64,000 nt of DNA from an uncultured Erysipelotrichaceae bacterium (GCA_964442785.1 CAYTZW010000002.1:2457-66456), one strand, 5' to 3'; counted from the stretch's first letter, positions 21,469 to 31,746 are shown. Notes: generated by a model not told the origin, from the sequence alone. Program-made: numbers and translations.

Positions 21469-22557
21469 TTATTCTATCCATTTATCAGGAAGAACTCTAT
21501 TTTTCTTAAACCATTCACTATTTTTTAAAATCGTATCATTATTAGAACATTCAATTTTAATTCCTTTTTTAGAAGAAGTAAAAACAATATTTCCATTAAA
21601 AGAAGCAAAACTATTCTCACCAGTATATCCTTCCGCTCCTATCGAAGTAACATAAACCTTATCGGTATATAAAGAAATTCTATCAATAAATGCTTGAGAA
21701 GGAAATTGATTATCTTTATTAGTCGTATATTCCGAATTTCCTGCACAACAACAAACAACAATATATTTAGGTTTAATTACCGATAATAAAACATCATTAG
21801 AAGAAGTAATCGAACCGTGATGTCCTGCTTTAAACAACTCCACTTCAGGCAAATCATTCAATTCTACCAAATATTCTTCCCCACTTTTTTCTAAATCTCC
21901 TGTAAATAAAAAATGTTTATCCCCTTGATTAATTAAAACACAAACCGAATAGTTATTTTCTGAAGTAGAACTATTGTAATAATAGTAACTATCTAATATT
22001 TCCATTTCAATACCATTTCCTAAATCAAAAACCTTTTTAGCATCATTTTCTCCTTTTATACACTCCGCAGCAGTATAATGATTAGCACCATTTTCAATTT
22101 CCAAATCCCTTTGAGTAATATAATTATTATACATTGTTTTTCCAACATTATTACTTAAAGAAAAATCAATAATATTATTTACCTGATATTCCGTAAAAAT
22201 ATTAACTTCCGTTGTAAAATTAACATAATGGTCTTCGTGAGCGTGAGTTACTACAACATATTCAATAATATTATCCGAAATATGTTCATCTAAATATTTA
22301 TTTACCGTTTCAAAACTCGACTTTTTAGAACCTGCATCAATTAAAACATCGGTATTGCCAACTTGCAACAAAATACAATCTCCCGTATTAGCATTTCCTA
22401 ACTCCAAAAAATGAATTTTTAAATTTCCACTTATATAAATATCGCCATTATCTTTAGGATAAGATAAGAAAGAAATAAAAGCAAAACCACTAACAAAACC
22501 TAGACAAAAAACAATAACAATCGTCAAAAACTTTTTAAGTTTATTCATTATTATCAA
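21469..22557 (-). CDS. Membrane-anchored MBL-fold metallo-hydrolase (ComEC C-terminal-like lactamase_B domain)
   Basis: N-terminal TM segment. Motifs GDCILLQ...LIDAGS, VVTHAHEDH and HHGS. Confidence 0.65.
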   Translation of the reverse strand: MIIMNKLKKFLTIVIVFCLGFVSGFAFISFLSYPKDNGDIYISGNLKIHFLELGNANTGDCILLQVGNTDVLIDAGSKKSSFETVNKYLDEHISDNIIEYVVVTHAHEDHYVNFTTEVNIFTEYQVNNIIDFSLSNNVGKTMYNNYITQRDLEIENGANHYTAAECIKGENDAKKVFDLGNGIEMEILDSYYYYNSSTSENNYSVCVLINQGDKHFLFTGDLEKSGEEYLVELNDLPEVELFKAGHHGSITSSNDVLLSVIKPKYIVVCCCAGNSEYTTNKDNQFPSQAFIDRISLYTDKVYVTSIGAEGYTGENSFASFNGNIVFTSSKKGIKIECSNNDTILKNSEWFKKNRVLPDKWIE

Positions 22558-22909
22558 CCACCTTAACTTTTCTAATCAACTTATAAGAAGCATATTTAGA
22601 AGAACTAACTTGGTAAATAATCGTATATTCATTCTCTATTTCTGTATTAACTTCCATAACTTCTTCATCTTCTTGGTCATATATCACAATTTTAGCAGTT
22701 TCTGAAATATTTTTTCCATAAGCAACAACTTTAACCCCTTTTTCTGTATATATATCATTTATACCTAAGGTTATTTCTTTATTTCCATTTAGAACAAAAC
22801 AATCATTTTTAGTTAAAAAATACGCTGTAATACTTCCAATCAAAAAACTAAATACAAAAAGAAAGATAACAAATTTAGGAATTTTTTTCTTACGTTTTGC
22901 CATTTTCAT
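22541..22909 (-). CDS. Small membrane-anchored protein with a single Ig-like (DUF5011-like) domain
   Basis: N-terminal TM. C-terminus YTIIYQVSS...KLIRKVKVVD matches the end of a DUF5011/HYR domain. Its end overlaps the MBL gene start by 17 nt. Confidence 0.45.
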   Translation of the reverse strand: MKMAKRKKKIPKFVIFLFVFSFLIGSITAYFLTKNDCFVLNGNKEITLGINDIYTEKGVKVVAYGKNISETAKIVIYDQEDEEVMEVNTEIENEYTIIYQVSSSKYASYKLIRKVKVVDNNE

Positions 22910-22986
22910 TCACTCCTTTAATAATACTTATAAAATAACATAATTATTTTAATTACTCCACAGAAAACAAAAAGACATTATTCATT

Positions 22987-23475
22987 TTGAATAATATCAT
23001 TAAATCTACATATAATAGTAGTATGAAAAAGACAAGTGATTTATTATTTTATGTATTTACTCCCCTGCTTATAGGAACAATAATAGGATTAGTTTTCAAA
23101 GACTATACTTCCTACATTCAAACTTTAAACCGAAACATCAAAGTTCCAAGTCTTGTATTTCCACTTGCGTGGAGCATTTTATACCTAGTCATCGGTATTT
23201 GGTATTACTTTTATCAAAAAAAGGCTACCGATAAAAACAAATTTTTATACTACATTTTATTAATTCTCAATTATTTATTTACCCCTTTATTATTTTATTT
23301 CAATCAAATAGCCTTATCTTTAATACTAGTTTTCCTTCTTATCGTTGGAAATAGTTATTTATTCTATGACTTTCTTCAAAAAGATAAAAAAAGTTATATC
23401 TTAACACCTTATTTAATTTGGCTCATTTTTGCCCAAATACTAATGATAGATTTATTCATTAACAATGTTATTTAA
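22987..23475 (+). CDS. tspO: TspO/MBR family tryptophan-rich sensory protein
   Basis: 5-TM, 162 aa. LVFPLAWSILYLVIGIWYY and PYLIWLIFAQILMIDLF match TspO signatures. Confidence 0.7.
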   Translation: MNNIIKSTYNSSMKKTSDLLFYVFTPLLIGTIIGLVFKDYTSYIQTLNRNIKVPSLVFPLAWSILYLVIGIWYYFYQKKATDKNKFLYYILLILNYLFTPLLFYFNQIALSLILVFLLIVGNSYLFYDFLQKDKKSYILTPYLIWLIFAQILMIDLFINNVI

Positions 23476-23557
23476 AAGTCGACAAAGTAAATTATCTATA
23501 TTTTATCAATGAAAAAATTTTTCTTTTGTGTAATAATATAAAAAAGGGGTTTTGACA

Positions 23558-23995
23558 ATGGTTTTAGAATATAGAAAAGCAGATAAAACTTTTAAAGAAT
23601 TTGTATTTAATGAATTTGTAAAAATGGTTTATGATTACGAAGATTTAAGTTTAATTGACATTAATGAAGTTCAAAGATGGGAAAAAAGTAAATTAACAAA
23701 AAACATCAAAAACTATACTCTTGTCTACAATGAAAATGTATTTATGGGTTGTTTTTGGTTAAAAGAAGAAGAAAATTACTTTGAACTCGATGATTTTTAT
23801 ATAAAAAAAGAAAGAAGAAATCAAGGTATTGGTTCCGTGGTTTTAGGTCGTTGTATCGATACTGCTAGAAAAAACAAAAAAGCACTTCAATTAACGGTAT
23901 TTAAGAAAAACATTGGAGCAGTTAGATTTTATGAAAGATATGGTTTCTCTATTTTAGAAGATTTAGGAACTAGACTTAGAATGATTTTAAGATAG
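23558..23995 (+). CDS. GNAT family N-acetyltransferase
   Basis: RRNQGIGSVVLGRCI...AVRFYERYGF. Start taken at the ATG after an AAAAGGGG RBS rather than the track TTG. Confidence 0.7.
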   Translation: MVLEYRKADKTFKEFVFNEFVKMVYDYEDLSLIDINEVQRWEKSKLTKNIKNYTLVYNENVFMGCFWLKEEENYFELDDFYIKKERRNQGIGSVVLGRCIDTARKNKKALQLTVFKKNIGAVRFYERYGFSILEDLGTRLRMILR

Positions 23996-24003
23996 TAGGT
24001 TTT

Positions 24004-24918
24004 ATGATGCAAAAAAAAGGAACAAGAAAAAAAGAAGAATTAAAAGAATATAAAGTAAACAAAGATATTGGTTTACTTGATTTTTTATTAGAAAAATTAA
24101 CGAATAAATCTCGAAATAACATTAAATCATTATTAACTCATAAAATGATTTCCGTTGACGGTAACATTGTTTCTCAATATGATTTCCAATTAAGCAAAGG
24201 AGATACTGTTGCTATTGGTAAAACAACTATGAAACAAAAAGACCAAGCCAAAAAAACAAAATTAAATATTATTTATGAAGATGATGATTTTATCGCTATT
24301 AACAAACCTTCTGGACTTTTATCTATCGCAACCGAAAAAGAAAGAGAATTTACTGCTTACCATTATTTAATGGATTATATTCGCGCAGGTAATTTAAAAA
24401 ATAGAGTTTTTGTCGTTCATAGAATTGACAAAGACACTTCAGGAGTATTAATTGTCGTCAAAAACAGCAAACTAAAAGATAAATTACAACTAAATTGGAA
24501 TGAACTTGTTAGTGAAAGAAAATATATCGCTATCGTAGAAGGAACCTTAAAGAAAAAAGAAGGAACTATTAAAACGTGGTTAAAAGAAGGAAATAATACA
24601 ACAATGTATTCTTCTCACGTTAAAGACGACGGCCAAGAAGCAATAACCCATTACAAAGTTTTAAAAGAAAATGGCAAATATTCAATGCTTGAAGTAAAAA
24701 TTGATACTGGTAGAAAAAATCAAATTAGAGTTCATATGATGGAAATGGGACACCCTGTTGTTGGAGATGAAAAATATTTAAGCAAAACTAATCCTTTAAA
24801 AAGACTTGGTTTACACAACAATGTTTTAGAATTAAAACACCCTTTCACTAAAAAAATCTATCGATTTGTCGCTCCAGTTCCTAGTTCATTTAAAGAATTA
24901 TTCAAGGACACAAAATAA
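24004..24918 (+). CDS. rluD: RluA-family 23S rRNA pseudouridine synthase (RluD-like, with S4 domain)
   Basis: N-terminal S4-like region and the catalytic HRIDKDTSGVLIV motif. Confidence 0.8.
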   Translation: MMQKKGTRKKEELKEYKVNKDIGLLDFLLEKLTNKSRNNIKSLLTHKMISVDGNIVSQYDFQLSKGDTVAIGKTTMKQKDQAKKTKLNIIYEDDDFIAINKPSGLLSIATEKEREFTAYHYLMDYIRAGNLKNRVFVVHRIDKDTSGVLIVVKNSKLKDKLQLNWNELVSERKYIAIVEGTLKKKEGTIKTWLKEGNNTTMYSSHVKDDGQEAITHYKVLKENGKYSMLEVKIDTGRKNQIRVHMMEMGHPVVGDEKYLSKTNPLKRLGLHNNVLELKHPFTKKIYRFVAPVPSSFKELFKDTK

Positions 24919-24920
24919 AG

Positions 24921-24950
24921 GTAAGCACACCTTTTATGCTTACCTTTTTA
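24921..24950 (+). terminator. Rho-independent terminator after rluD
   Basis: GGTAAGCA-cacctttt-aTGCTTACC followed by TTTTT. Confidence 0.7.
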
Positions 24951-25191
24951 ATTACACCCTTCTTAATTTTTTATCTTATATTTAAAAAATCACTTTATGA
25001 CTTAATCATTGTGGGCAAGATGACTTCTTCCCTTTCTCTCTAATACGACTATTTTAAACATAAGATTTTTGTTTCCTTTATTCATCTTCCCCTCCTTCTA
25101 ACTACATTCTAACAAAAGAAAAATGAAAAAAGATAAAAATTTTTGATGTTATCAACAATTATTTTATTTATAATATAGCTAGGGTGATTTT

Positions 25192-25761
25192 ATGATAAAC
25201 AAAACAATAAAAAAATTTCTAAATGAACTAGAATCCAAAAATGAAAATGTCGGATATGGTTCATCTTCCTCTTTACTAGGTTCATTGTCTTTATCTTTAG
25301 CAAATAAAGCAATTATACTAACTCAAAATTCCAAAGAATTTAATAGTTATGATAATCATAGAAAAGAATTACTAGAAGAAAGTTCAATGAAAATTAACAC
25401 TTTTAAAGCATCTTTTGATAGACTTATAAATGAATATATTAAAGCAAATGAAGAATATCAAAAGAAAAAAGATGAAAATACCTTAGGAATTTTAATTAAT
25501 AATTCTTATTCTATGGCTTTAAATTGTATCGAAACCATTATCACTTTTGATAGTTTAAAAGAAAACCTAAGCCAAAAATATTTAGATTATCTTTTAATTG
25601 CAACAAATCAAATAAAAGAAGTTTACCAATTTTCAATACTAGATTTAAAAATGAAAGCAAGTAACAACTTAAGTGATGATTTAGCAGACTTTTTAATTCA
25701 AAAAGAAAAAATATTAAGTGATGTAAAAGCAATAACAACTTATTGTGAAAGAAAAATATAA
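25192..25761 (+). CDS. Cyclodeaminase/cyclohydrolase (FTCD C-terminal-like) family protein
   Basis: VGYGSSSSLLGSLSLSLANKAI resembles the glycine-rich FTCD_C motif; otherwise alpha-helical, 189 aa. Confidence 0.45.
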   Translation: MINKTIKKFLNELESKNENVGYGSSSSLLGSLSLSLANKAIILTQNSKEFNSYDNHRKELLEESSMKINTFKASFDRLINEYIKANEEYQKKKDENTLGILINNSYSMALNCIETIITFDSLKENLSQKYLDYLLIATNQIKEVYQFSILDLKMKASNNLSDDLADFLIQKEKILSDVKAITTYCERKI

Positions 25762-25805
25762 AAATTACTTCTTTGTCCATAATATGACAAAGGAGTTTTT
25801 TATTA

Positions 25806-26645
25806 ATGAAAACATTAAAAAAATTATTTAAGAAATTAGGTTTTCCTTTGTTTTTATCAAATTTATCCATTATTATTATCAAAATATTTTTACTTTATTT
25901 TTCAATTAAACTCATCTCTTTGTTTTTATTATATTGTTCTAAAAGATATTTCATCAAAAAAGGTAAAATAGACGGAATAATCTATGATAGAAGACAAAGA
26001 ACTATTGATGATATGTTACATTCCCTGTTTCAATATATGAGTTTACCCATTTTGATAATTGGAATTTTAGATATTTTGAAAGTTGATACCACTACTTTAC
26101 TAACAGGAGCAGGTTTATTTGGAGTAGCTTTTGGTTTTGCCTTTCAAGATTTACTCAAAGATATCGTTTCTGGCTTTTTTATAGTTATTGAAAATGTTTT
26201 TTCAGTTGGCGATTACATTTCCATTAATGATTACACTGGTACCGTTTTAAAAATTGGTATCAAATCAACCACTTTAGAAGCTTACACGGGAGAAAAATAT
26301 ATCATTAGTAACCGTGAAATAACGAAAGCCACTAACTTCACTTCTTCTAAGTTTTTTCTTAACATTAATTGTTTCAATATCAGTTTTGAAACTGATTTCG
26401 ATAAATTATATAAAACACTTCAAGAATTTTTAGACAATTTTCCTACCGATGAAAGATTTATCAGCAAACCTTATCTTAAAGGAATTGACAAAACTAACGA
26501 CTTTTTTGCTACCATTCAAATTGAAACTAAAGTAAAACCAATGACCCAATTTGCCATTAATGGACAAATACAAAAAGAAATATTGCAATTTTTGCAAAAA
26601 AAAGATATAAAAATAGCATATCCAATTTTAAAACTAAGGAGATAA
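25806..26645 (+). CDS. mscS: Small-conductance mechanosensitive channel (MscS family)
   Basis: GAGLFGVAFGFAFQDLLKDIVSGFFIVIEN...VGDYISI core. Confidence 0.8.
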   Translation: MKTLKKLFKKLGFPLFLSNLSIIIIKIFLLYFSIKLISLFLLYCSKRYFIKKGKIDGIIYDRRQRTIDDMLHSLFQYMSLPILIIGILDILKVDTTTLLTGAGLFGVAFGFAFQDLLKDIVSGFFIVIENVFSVGDYISINDYTGTVLKIGIKSTTLEAYTGEKYIISNREITKATNFTSSKFFLNINCFNISFETDFDKLYKTLQEFLDNFPTDERFISKPYLKGIDKTNDFFATIQIETKVKPMTQFAINGQIQKEILQFLQKKDIKIAYPILKLRR

Positions 26646-26649
26646 AAAA

Positions 26650-26841
26650 ATGGAATATGAATTAAATGATTTAGTAGAAATGAAAAAAGAACACCCTTGT
26701 GAGAAAAGAAGTAAGCAATTTCAAATCATTAGGTTAGGTGCTGATATTAAAATCAAATGTCTAGGCTGTGGAAATGTCATTATGCTTTCAAGACACAATT
26801 TTGAAAAAAGTCTTAAAAAAGTTTTAGGAAAAGAAAAATAA
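26650..26841 (+). CDS. DUF951-family small protein
   Basis: 63 aa with HPC...RLGADIKIKCLGCG. Confidence 0.5.
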   Translation: MEYELNDLVEMKKEHPCEKRSKQFQIIRLGADIKIKCLGCGNVIMLSRHNFEKSLKKVLGKEK

Positions 26842-26872
26842 TTCCCTTATTAATAAATGAGGGGATTTTATT

Positions 26873-28123
26873 TTGATTATCAAAAATTTAACGTATAAGT
26901 ATAAAAACAATTCAATATTGGATAATATTTCTATCACACTAGGAAAAGGACTATATCAATTAAAAGGTGTTTCAGGCTCGGGAAAATCTACTTTTTTCTA
27001 TTTACTAAAAGGAACTATTCCTAAAATAAAACATAAATATCAAATCAGTTTAATGTGTCAAGAAATCTTTTTAAAAGAAAACTTAACAATTTATCAAAAT
27101 TTAAAATATGTCAGCAAAGATATCAAAAAAATAAATAATTTATTAGAAGATTTTTCCTTAAATGGCTTTAAAAAAGTTAAAAACCTTTCCTTAGGCCAAA
27201 AACAAATAGTAAGTTTTATTCAAACAATCTTAAAAGATGCTGATATTTACCTTTTTGATGAACCTTATAGTAATCTTGATGAAACTAATGAAAAGAAAAT
27301 CTATCAATATTTAAAAACTTTATCAAACAATCATTGTGTTATTTTTACTACCCATAAGCCTACAAAATATGGTCAAATCATTAAATTAGAAAATCATCAA
27401 ATACACCAAAATAAAACAAATGACAATTTAAAGAAAAACAGCAAATTAAAATGGAAAATTGACTTAAATAACTTAAAATTTTCTTTACCCCTTTATCTTC
27501 TCTTTTTATTTACAATTTCTTTAACAAATAACCTTTTTCAAAAAAAGTCTTCCCCTTATCAAATAAATGATGCCAAAATCGAACATATTACTTTATACAC
27601 TGCAAAACAAAAACAATTATATAATTACTCTTTAAAAGGCATTAATAACTATTTTGAAGGTTTTATCATTAATGATGTCGCTAGCAATAAATTTTCTTTA
27701 AACAAAAATGATTATTTATACGATGAAACCCAAAAATATCAAATCGTCGATATTATCGAAGACAATTATCTTGAACCTGTTATTTATCTTAGTACACAAG
27801 GCAATATTGTAGAAAATGAAGATATGCTAAAAGAAGTAAAATCTAACATCTACAAATTATTAAACATTTTAAAAATCACTATTTTTTTCTGTTTCTTATT
27901 ACTACTTCTTTTAATAATTGAAAAAAATATTAAAAACTATCTCTGTATTGATATTTTATATAATTCCCTATCTTTAAAATTATCTATTTTCAGTGAATTT
28001 TTCATTACTTCCTTACTTTTAATTTCCAACCCATTTTTCCTAACATTAAATATTATCTTTGGTTTTTTTGCTTATTTTTATATTAAAAAAAGAGAACTAT
28101 TTCTTTTAAGGAACGCCCAATGA
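26873..28123 (+). CDS. MacB-like fused ABC transporter: N-terminal NBD plus C-terminal FtsX-like 4-TM permease
   Basis: TTG start after GAGGGGA. GVSGSGKST, LSLGQKQ, LFDEP and TTHKP motifs, then TM1, a loop of about 130 aa and TM2-4. Confidence 0.6.
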   Translation: MIIKNLTYKYKNNSILDNISITLGKGLYQLKGVSGSGKSTFFYLLKGTIPKIKHKYQISLMCQEIFLKENLTIYQNLKYVSKDIKKINNLLEDFSLNGFKKVKNLSLGQKQIVSFIQTILKDADIYLFDEPYSNLDETNEKKIYQYLKTLSNNHCVIFTTHKPTKYGQIIKLENHQIHQNKTNDNLKKNSKLKWKIDLNNLKFSLPLYLLFLFTISLTNNLFQKKSSPYQINDAKIEHITLYTAKQKQLYNYSLKGINNYFEGFIINDVASNKFSLNKNDYLYDETQKYQIVDIIEDNYLEPVIYLSTQGNIVENEDMLKEVKSNIYKLLNILKITIFFCFLLLLLLIIEKNIKNYLCIDILYNSLSLKLSIFSEFFITSLLLISNPFFLTLNIIFGFFAYFYIKKRELFLLRNAQ

Positions 28124-29340
28124 AACTAGAAAAAATCGAAAAATATTATGATAAATTTTTATTTAGTTGCCAATTTTTAGAAATCAATAAAAATGGAATA
28201 TATTATTTAAAAGGGAAAAATGGAGTTGGCAAAAGCACTCTACTAAAGATGATATCAGGTCAAGATTTAAACTACGAAGGTCAAATAAAAGAAGTTACTT
28301 CTGTTAGTATTTATCAACAAAATTCTCTTTTTTTACCCCATTTAACTTTCAAACAAAATTTAGATTTAATAGAGCCCTACAACAAAAACATAGTCCAAGA
28401 ATTGCTAAATTTATTAGAAGTAGCTCATTTAACCAACAAGAAAAGTTCTTGCCTTTCCTTAGGAGAAAAACAAAGACTAGAACTTATTTTAGCCTTGTCT
28501 AAAGATGTTTCTATTTATTTACTTGATGAACCTTTTTCTTCCTTAAATTCAAAATATATTAATGAAATTAAAACTTTTTTAGAAAAAATGTCATTACAAA
28601 AAATAATCATTATTAGTTCTCATACTAAATTATCCTTTTCTTTCACAGGCATTATTTCTATTTCTAATCGAAAAATAGAATTGATAAAACAACAAGAAGG
28701 AATAGTAAATACTAAAACTTTCTCTAATAATAAAAATAAAATATCTTTAAAAAAACTAAAATATTTCATTTTTAACAAAGGTCTCTTTTTTCTCAGTTTT
28801 ATTAACCTTATCAGTGCTTTTGCTTTATTACTTATTTCCCTTAATTTTCAAAAAGAAATCTTTAAAAACATTGAAAAAGAAAACAATTTCACTAATGTTT
28901 ATGTTATTGAAAAATATAATCGTGAAGGAAATGTTGACCAATTTTTATCTAGTTTAAGAAACTATGAATGTCATAACAATATATGTTCTTTTCAATTAAA
29001 AGGAAATCAAGAAACTTTGAATAAATTAAATAAAGAATACCCTTATTTATATTTTTATAGTTTAGAAAATGAAGCCATAGATAATATAAAGATAAAATTA
29101 GAAAACATTTTACAAAAATTTGAATACATCTTATTAATTACCTTTTTGTTTTCTTTTATGATTATTTTCCTTAGTGAATTTTTATCATATATACTAAATA
29201 AGAAAAAACATCTTATTTTAAAATATCATTTAGACCAATACTGGCAATATTTAATCATCTATTATGCTATATTAATTTTATCATCTTTCTTAATATCCAA
29301 AATTTTAGTAAAAATTCTTTACAAATTTCTATTATCTTAA
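28120..29340 (+). CDS. MacB-like fused ABC transporter (paralog): NBD plus FtsX-like permease
   Basis: GKNGVGKST, LSLGEKQRL, LLDEP and SSHTK motifs with a C-terminal 4-TM domain. Starts in an ATGA overlap with the upstream paralog. Confidence 0.6.
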   Translation: MKLEKIEKYYDKFLFSCQFLEINKNGIYYLKGKNGVGKSTLLKMISGQDLNYEGQIKEVTSVSIYQQNSLFLPHLTFKQNLDLIEPYNKNIVQELLNLLEVAHLTNKKSSCLSLGEKQRLELILALSKDVSIYLLDEPFSSLNSKYINEIKTFLEKMSLQKIIIISSHTKLSFSFTGIISISNRKIELIKQQEGIVNTKTFSNNKNKISLKKLKYFIFNKGLFFLSFINLISAFALLLISLNFQKEIFKNIEKENNFTNVYVIEKYNREGNVDQFLSSLRNYECHNNICSFQLKGNQETLNKLNKEYPYLYFYSLENEAIDNIKIKLENILQKFEYILLITFLFSFMIIFLSEFLSYILNKKKHLILKYHLDQYWQYLIIYYAILILSSFLISKILVKILYKFLLS

Positions 29341-29398
29341 AATTAAAAGTGCTATAATATTTAACGTATCAAAAGATACACGAAAGGGATTTATATAA

Positions 29399-29608
29399 AT
29401 GGACAACGTAGTAAAAGGAACAGTAAAAATGTTCAACAAAGATAAAGGATTTGGCTTTATCACCACAGAATCAGGAGAAGATGTATTTTTCCATTATTCT
29501 GCACTTGTAATGGAAGGATACAAAACAACTGAAGCAGGAAAAAATGTTGAATTCCAAATTGAAAACGGAGATAGAGGAGCTAAAGCTGTTAATATACATT
29601 TAGTATAA
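29399..29608 (+). CDS. cspA: Cold-shock protein, CspA family
   Basis: 69 aa; KGFGFI and VFFHYS RNP motifs. Confidence 0.9.
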   Translation: MDNVVKGTVKMFNKDKGFGFITTESGEDVFFHYSALVMEGYKTTEAGKNVEFQIENGDRGAKAVNIHLV

Positions 29609-29616
29609 TCTTTAAA

Positions 29617-29645
29617 CTAGCCACTAAAGTGGCTTTTTTATTTCC
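29617..29645 (+). terminator. Rho-independent terminator after csp
   Basis: AGCCACTaaaGTGGCT followed by TTTTTTATTT. Confidence 0.75.
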
Positions 29646-29680
29646 CAAAATTTTGTATAATAATATAAAGAGGTGAGAAA

Positions 29681-30175
29681 ATGAACCTTGAACAATCTAT
29701 TTATATCAAAAGAATTTCTTTTGATGATGACCCTATAATTGATTTTATTTTAAGAGAATATATAGATTTAGTTACTTTATATGATGATTTTAGTGAAGAA
29801 ACATTAGAAGAATTAGTAGAAAAAGAACAAGATTTTATTTCTAATCACATAAAAAACTTTTTTGCTGTCTATGATAGAAATGAATTCATTGGAATTTTTA
29901 GCCTTTTATTACAACAAGACTTTTATTTAATTAGAGATTTTTACATCTCTGCTGATTTAAGAAGTAAAGGCTATGGAACGGAAACCCTAAATTTTTGCAT
30001 CAGTAAAGCCAGATATGACGTCAAAAACTTAAGTATTTTGCTCTATAAAACTAATACAAGAGCAATTAGATTTTTTGAAAGACACAACTTTGAAAAAATA
30101 GGTACCATTAAAAACAAATACTTATACCGACTTGCAATGACCCATATTCAAGAAGTAGAACAATTAAAAAAATAG
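29681..30175 (+). CDS. GNAT family N-acetyltransferase
   Basis: SKGYGTETLNFCI...AIRFFERHNF. Confidence 0.65.
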   Translation: MNLEQSIYIKRISFDDDPIIDFILREYIDLVTLYDDFSEETLEELVEKEQDFISNHIKNFFAVYDRNEFIGIFSLLLQQDFYLIRDFYISADLRSKGYGTETLNFCISKARYDVKNLSILLYKTNTRAIRFFERHNFEKIGTIKNKYLYRLAMTHIQEVEQLKK

Positions 30176-30234
30176 CAATATAAGGTTATTAAAAATTCAT
30201 AAAACTTAAAAAAGAAAGTTATTAGCTTTCTTTT

Positions 30235-30654
30235 TTAAATCCCACATTTATTTATATTATCAGGTTGATAAAAACAATGATTTTTATATTTTCCTGCTAA
30301 TTTACCATAAAATCTACTTGGACAACTCACATTTTTTCCAGGATTTTTAAAAAATAAAGCGTGCGTCGCAGGACTTCCCTTCCAAGAAATTATACAATCC
30401 TTAGCTAATTTTTTTTCACTGCTAGAAGCAGGTCCATAAAACAATTTTTGCTTTGTTCCGTCAAAAGCATTCTTTTGATAAACCGCTTTATAAATCGTAT
30501 TGATATTCTTAAAACCAGAACATTTAGTAACTACCCTATTTATTACAACATTTCCTGTTAGTTTCATTCCATACTTACCTTCTCCAACTGCTTCACTTCT
30601 CATAAGTCTACCTAAAAGATTAATATCAGAACTGTTGTATTTACATCTCGCCAA
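30235..30654 (-). CDS. Cell-wall hydrolase of the SleB/CwlJ (Hydrolase_2) family
   Basis: LLGRLMRSEAVGEG...GNVVINRV matches the Hydrolase_2 N-terminal signature. Confidence 0.6.
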   Translation of the reverse strand: MARCKYNSSDINLLGRLMRSEAVGEGKYGMKLTGNVVINRVVTKCSGFKNINTIYKAVYQKNAFDGTKQKLFYGPASSSEKKLAKDCIISWKGSPATHALFFKNPGKNVSCPSRFYGKLAGKYKNHCFYQPDNINKCGI

Positions 30655-31058
30655 TTAAAACACCTCACTTATTATATGAGATGTTAATTTATATTGTTAC
30701 TATAATCCATATTGACTTTTTCCGACCAAAATGGAATTGCATTCCAGAAAAGTCGTGATTTCACAAATTTAAAGTGTACCCTAAAAATACCCTATAGCTT
30801 ATTTCAAAATAGTCTATAAATAATTAGACCTTAATCTAGTTAAAAATAGATTTAATACTCACTGTAATTTTTTACATTCATCATATCTATTATCGTTCAT
30901 ATCATACTATAAAATTTCATTATTTTTCACTATTTTTTCACTATTTTTCAAATATATTAATGACTAAATTCACTTTCTAAAGTTATGAAATCATTTTTAT
31001 ATGTAACTATTTTTTACATTTAATTTTTTTATGTTATAATATTTCTCGGAGATGCTTT

Positions 31059-31730
31059 ATGAAAGAAAAAATTATTTATTACTTTAAAAAATATCACATT
31101 TGGTACGCATTATTAATTGCTGCCCTATACTATGGAAAACTAATGATGTATAAATTTTCCAATCGTGTTAATACAAACTACCATTATATCAATATGAAAA
31201 TAGATGACTTAATCCCATTTTGTAAATACTTTATGTTTTTCTATTTTACTTACTATTGGTTTTCTCAATTACAATTATGGTTTGTCAGCTATGGAAACAA
31301 AAGAAAATTTTATCGAATGTTAATCGCTGCTGCTATAACTTGCGTTGCTTGTAATATTTGCTTTTTATGTTACCAAGTAAGAATGATTAGACCTGAAGTA
31401 ACTGGAAATGACCCTTTTGATTTATGGGTAAAATGGATTTATAATCGAGATGCCAAAGCAATGAATTGTTGTCCTTCGATCCACGCCGTTATGGGAACCT
31501 TAATGGTAATCGGAGGATTTAAAAGCAGTAACCTACCAAAATGGTTAAATATAGTTAGTGTCATCTTTGGTGTAGGTTGTATTGTATCAACAGTATTTGT
31601 TAAACAACATTACTTTATCGATATGGTTCTTGGAGTTATTTTTATGACAATATTCTACCTTATTGTAGTTTTTGTAGATAATAAAATACTCAAGAAAAAA
31701 GAAATGAATACTATAAAAAATGAAATCTAA
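31059..31730 (+). CDS. PAP2-like membrane phosphatase family protein
   Basis: Polytopic. CCPSIHAV resembles the PSGH motif and KQHYFIDMV resembles SRx5Hx3D. Confidence 0.45.
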   Translation: MKEKIIYYFKKYHIWYALLIAALYYGKLMMYKFSNRVNTNYHYINMKIDDLIPFCKYFMFFYFTYYWFSQLQLWFVSYGNKRKFYRMLIAAAITCVACNICFLCYQVRMIRPEVTGNDPFDLWVKWIYNRDAKAMNCCPSIHAVMGTLMVIGGFKSSNLPKWLNIVSVIFGVGCIVSTVFVKQHYFIDMVLGVIFMTIFYLIVVFVDNKILKKKEMNTIKNEI

Positions 31731-31746
31731 CAAATAAAAATATGCA

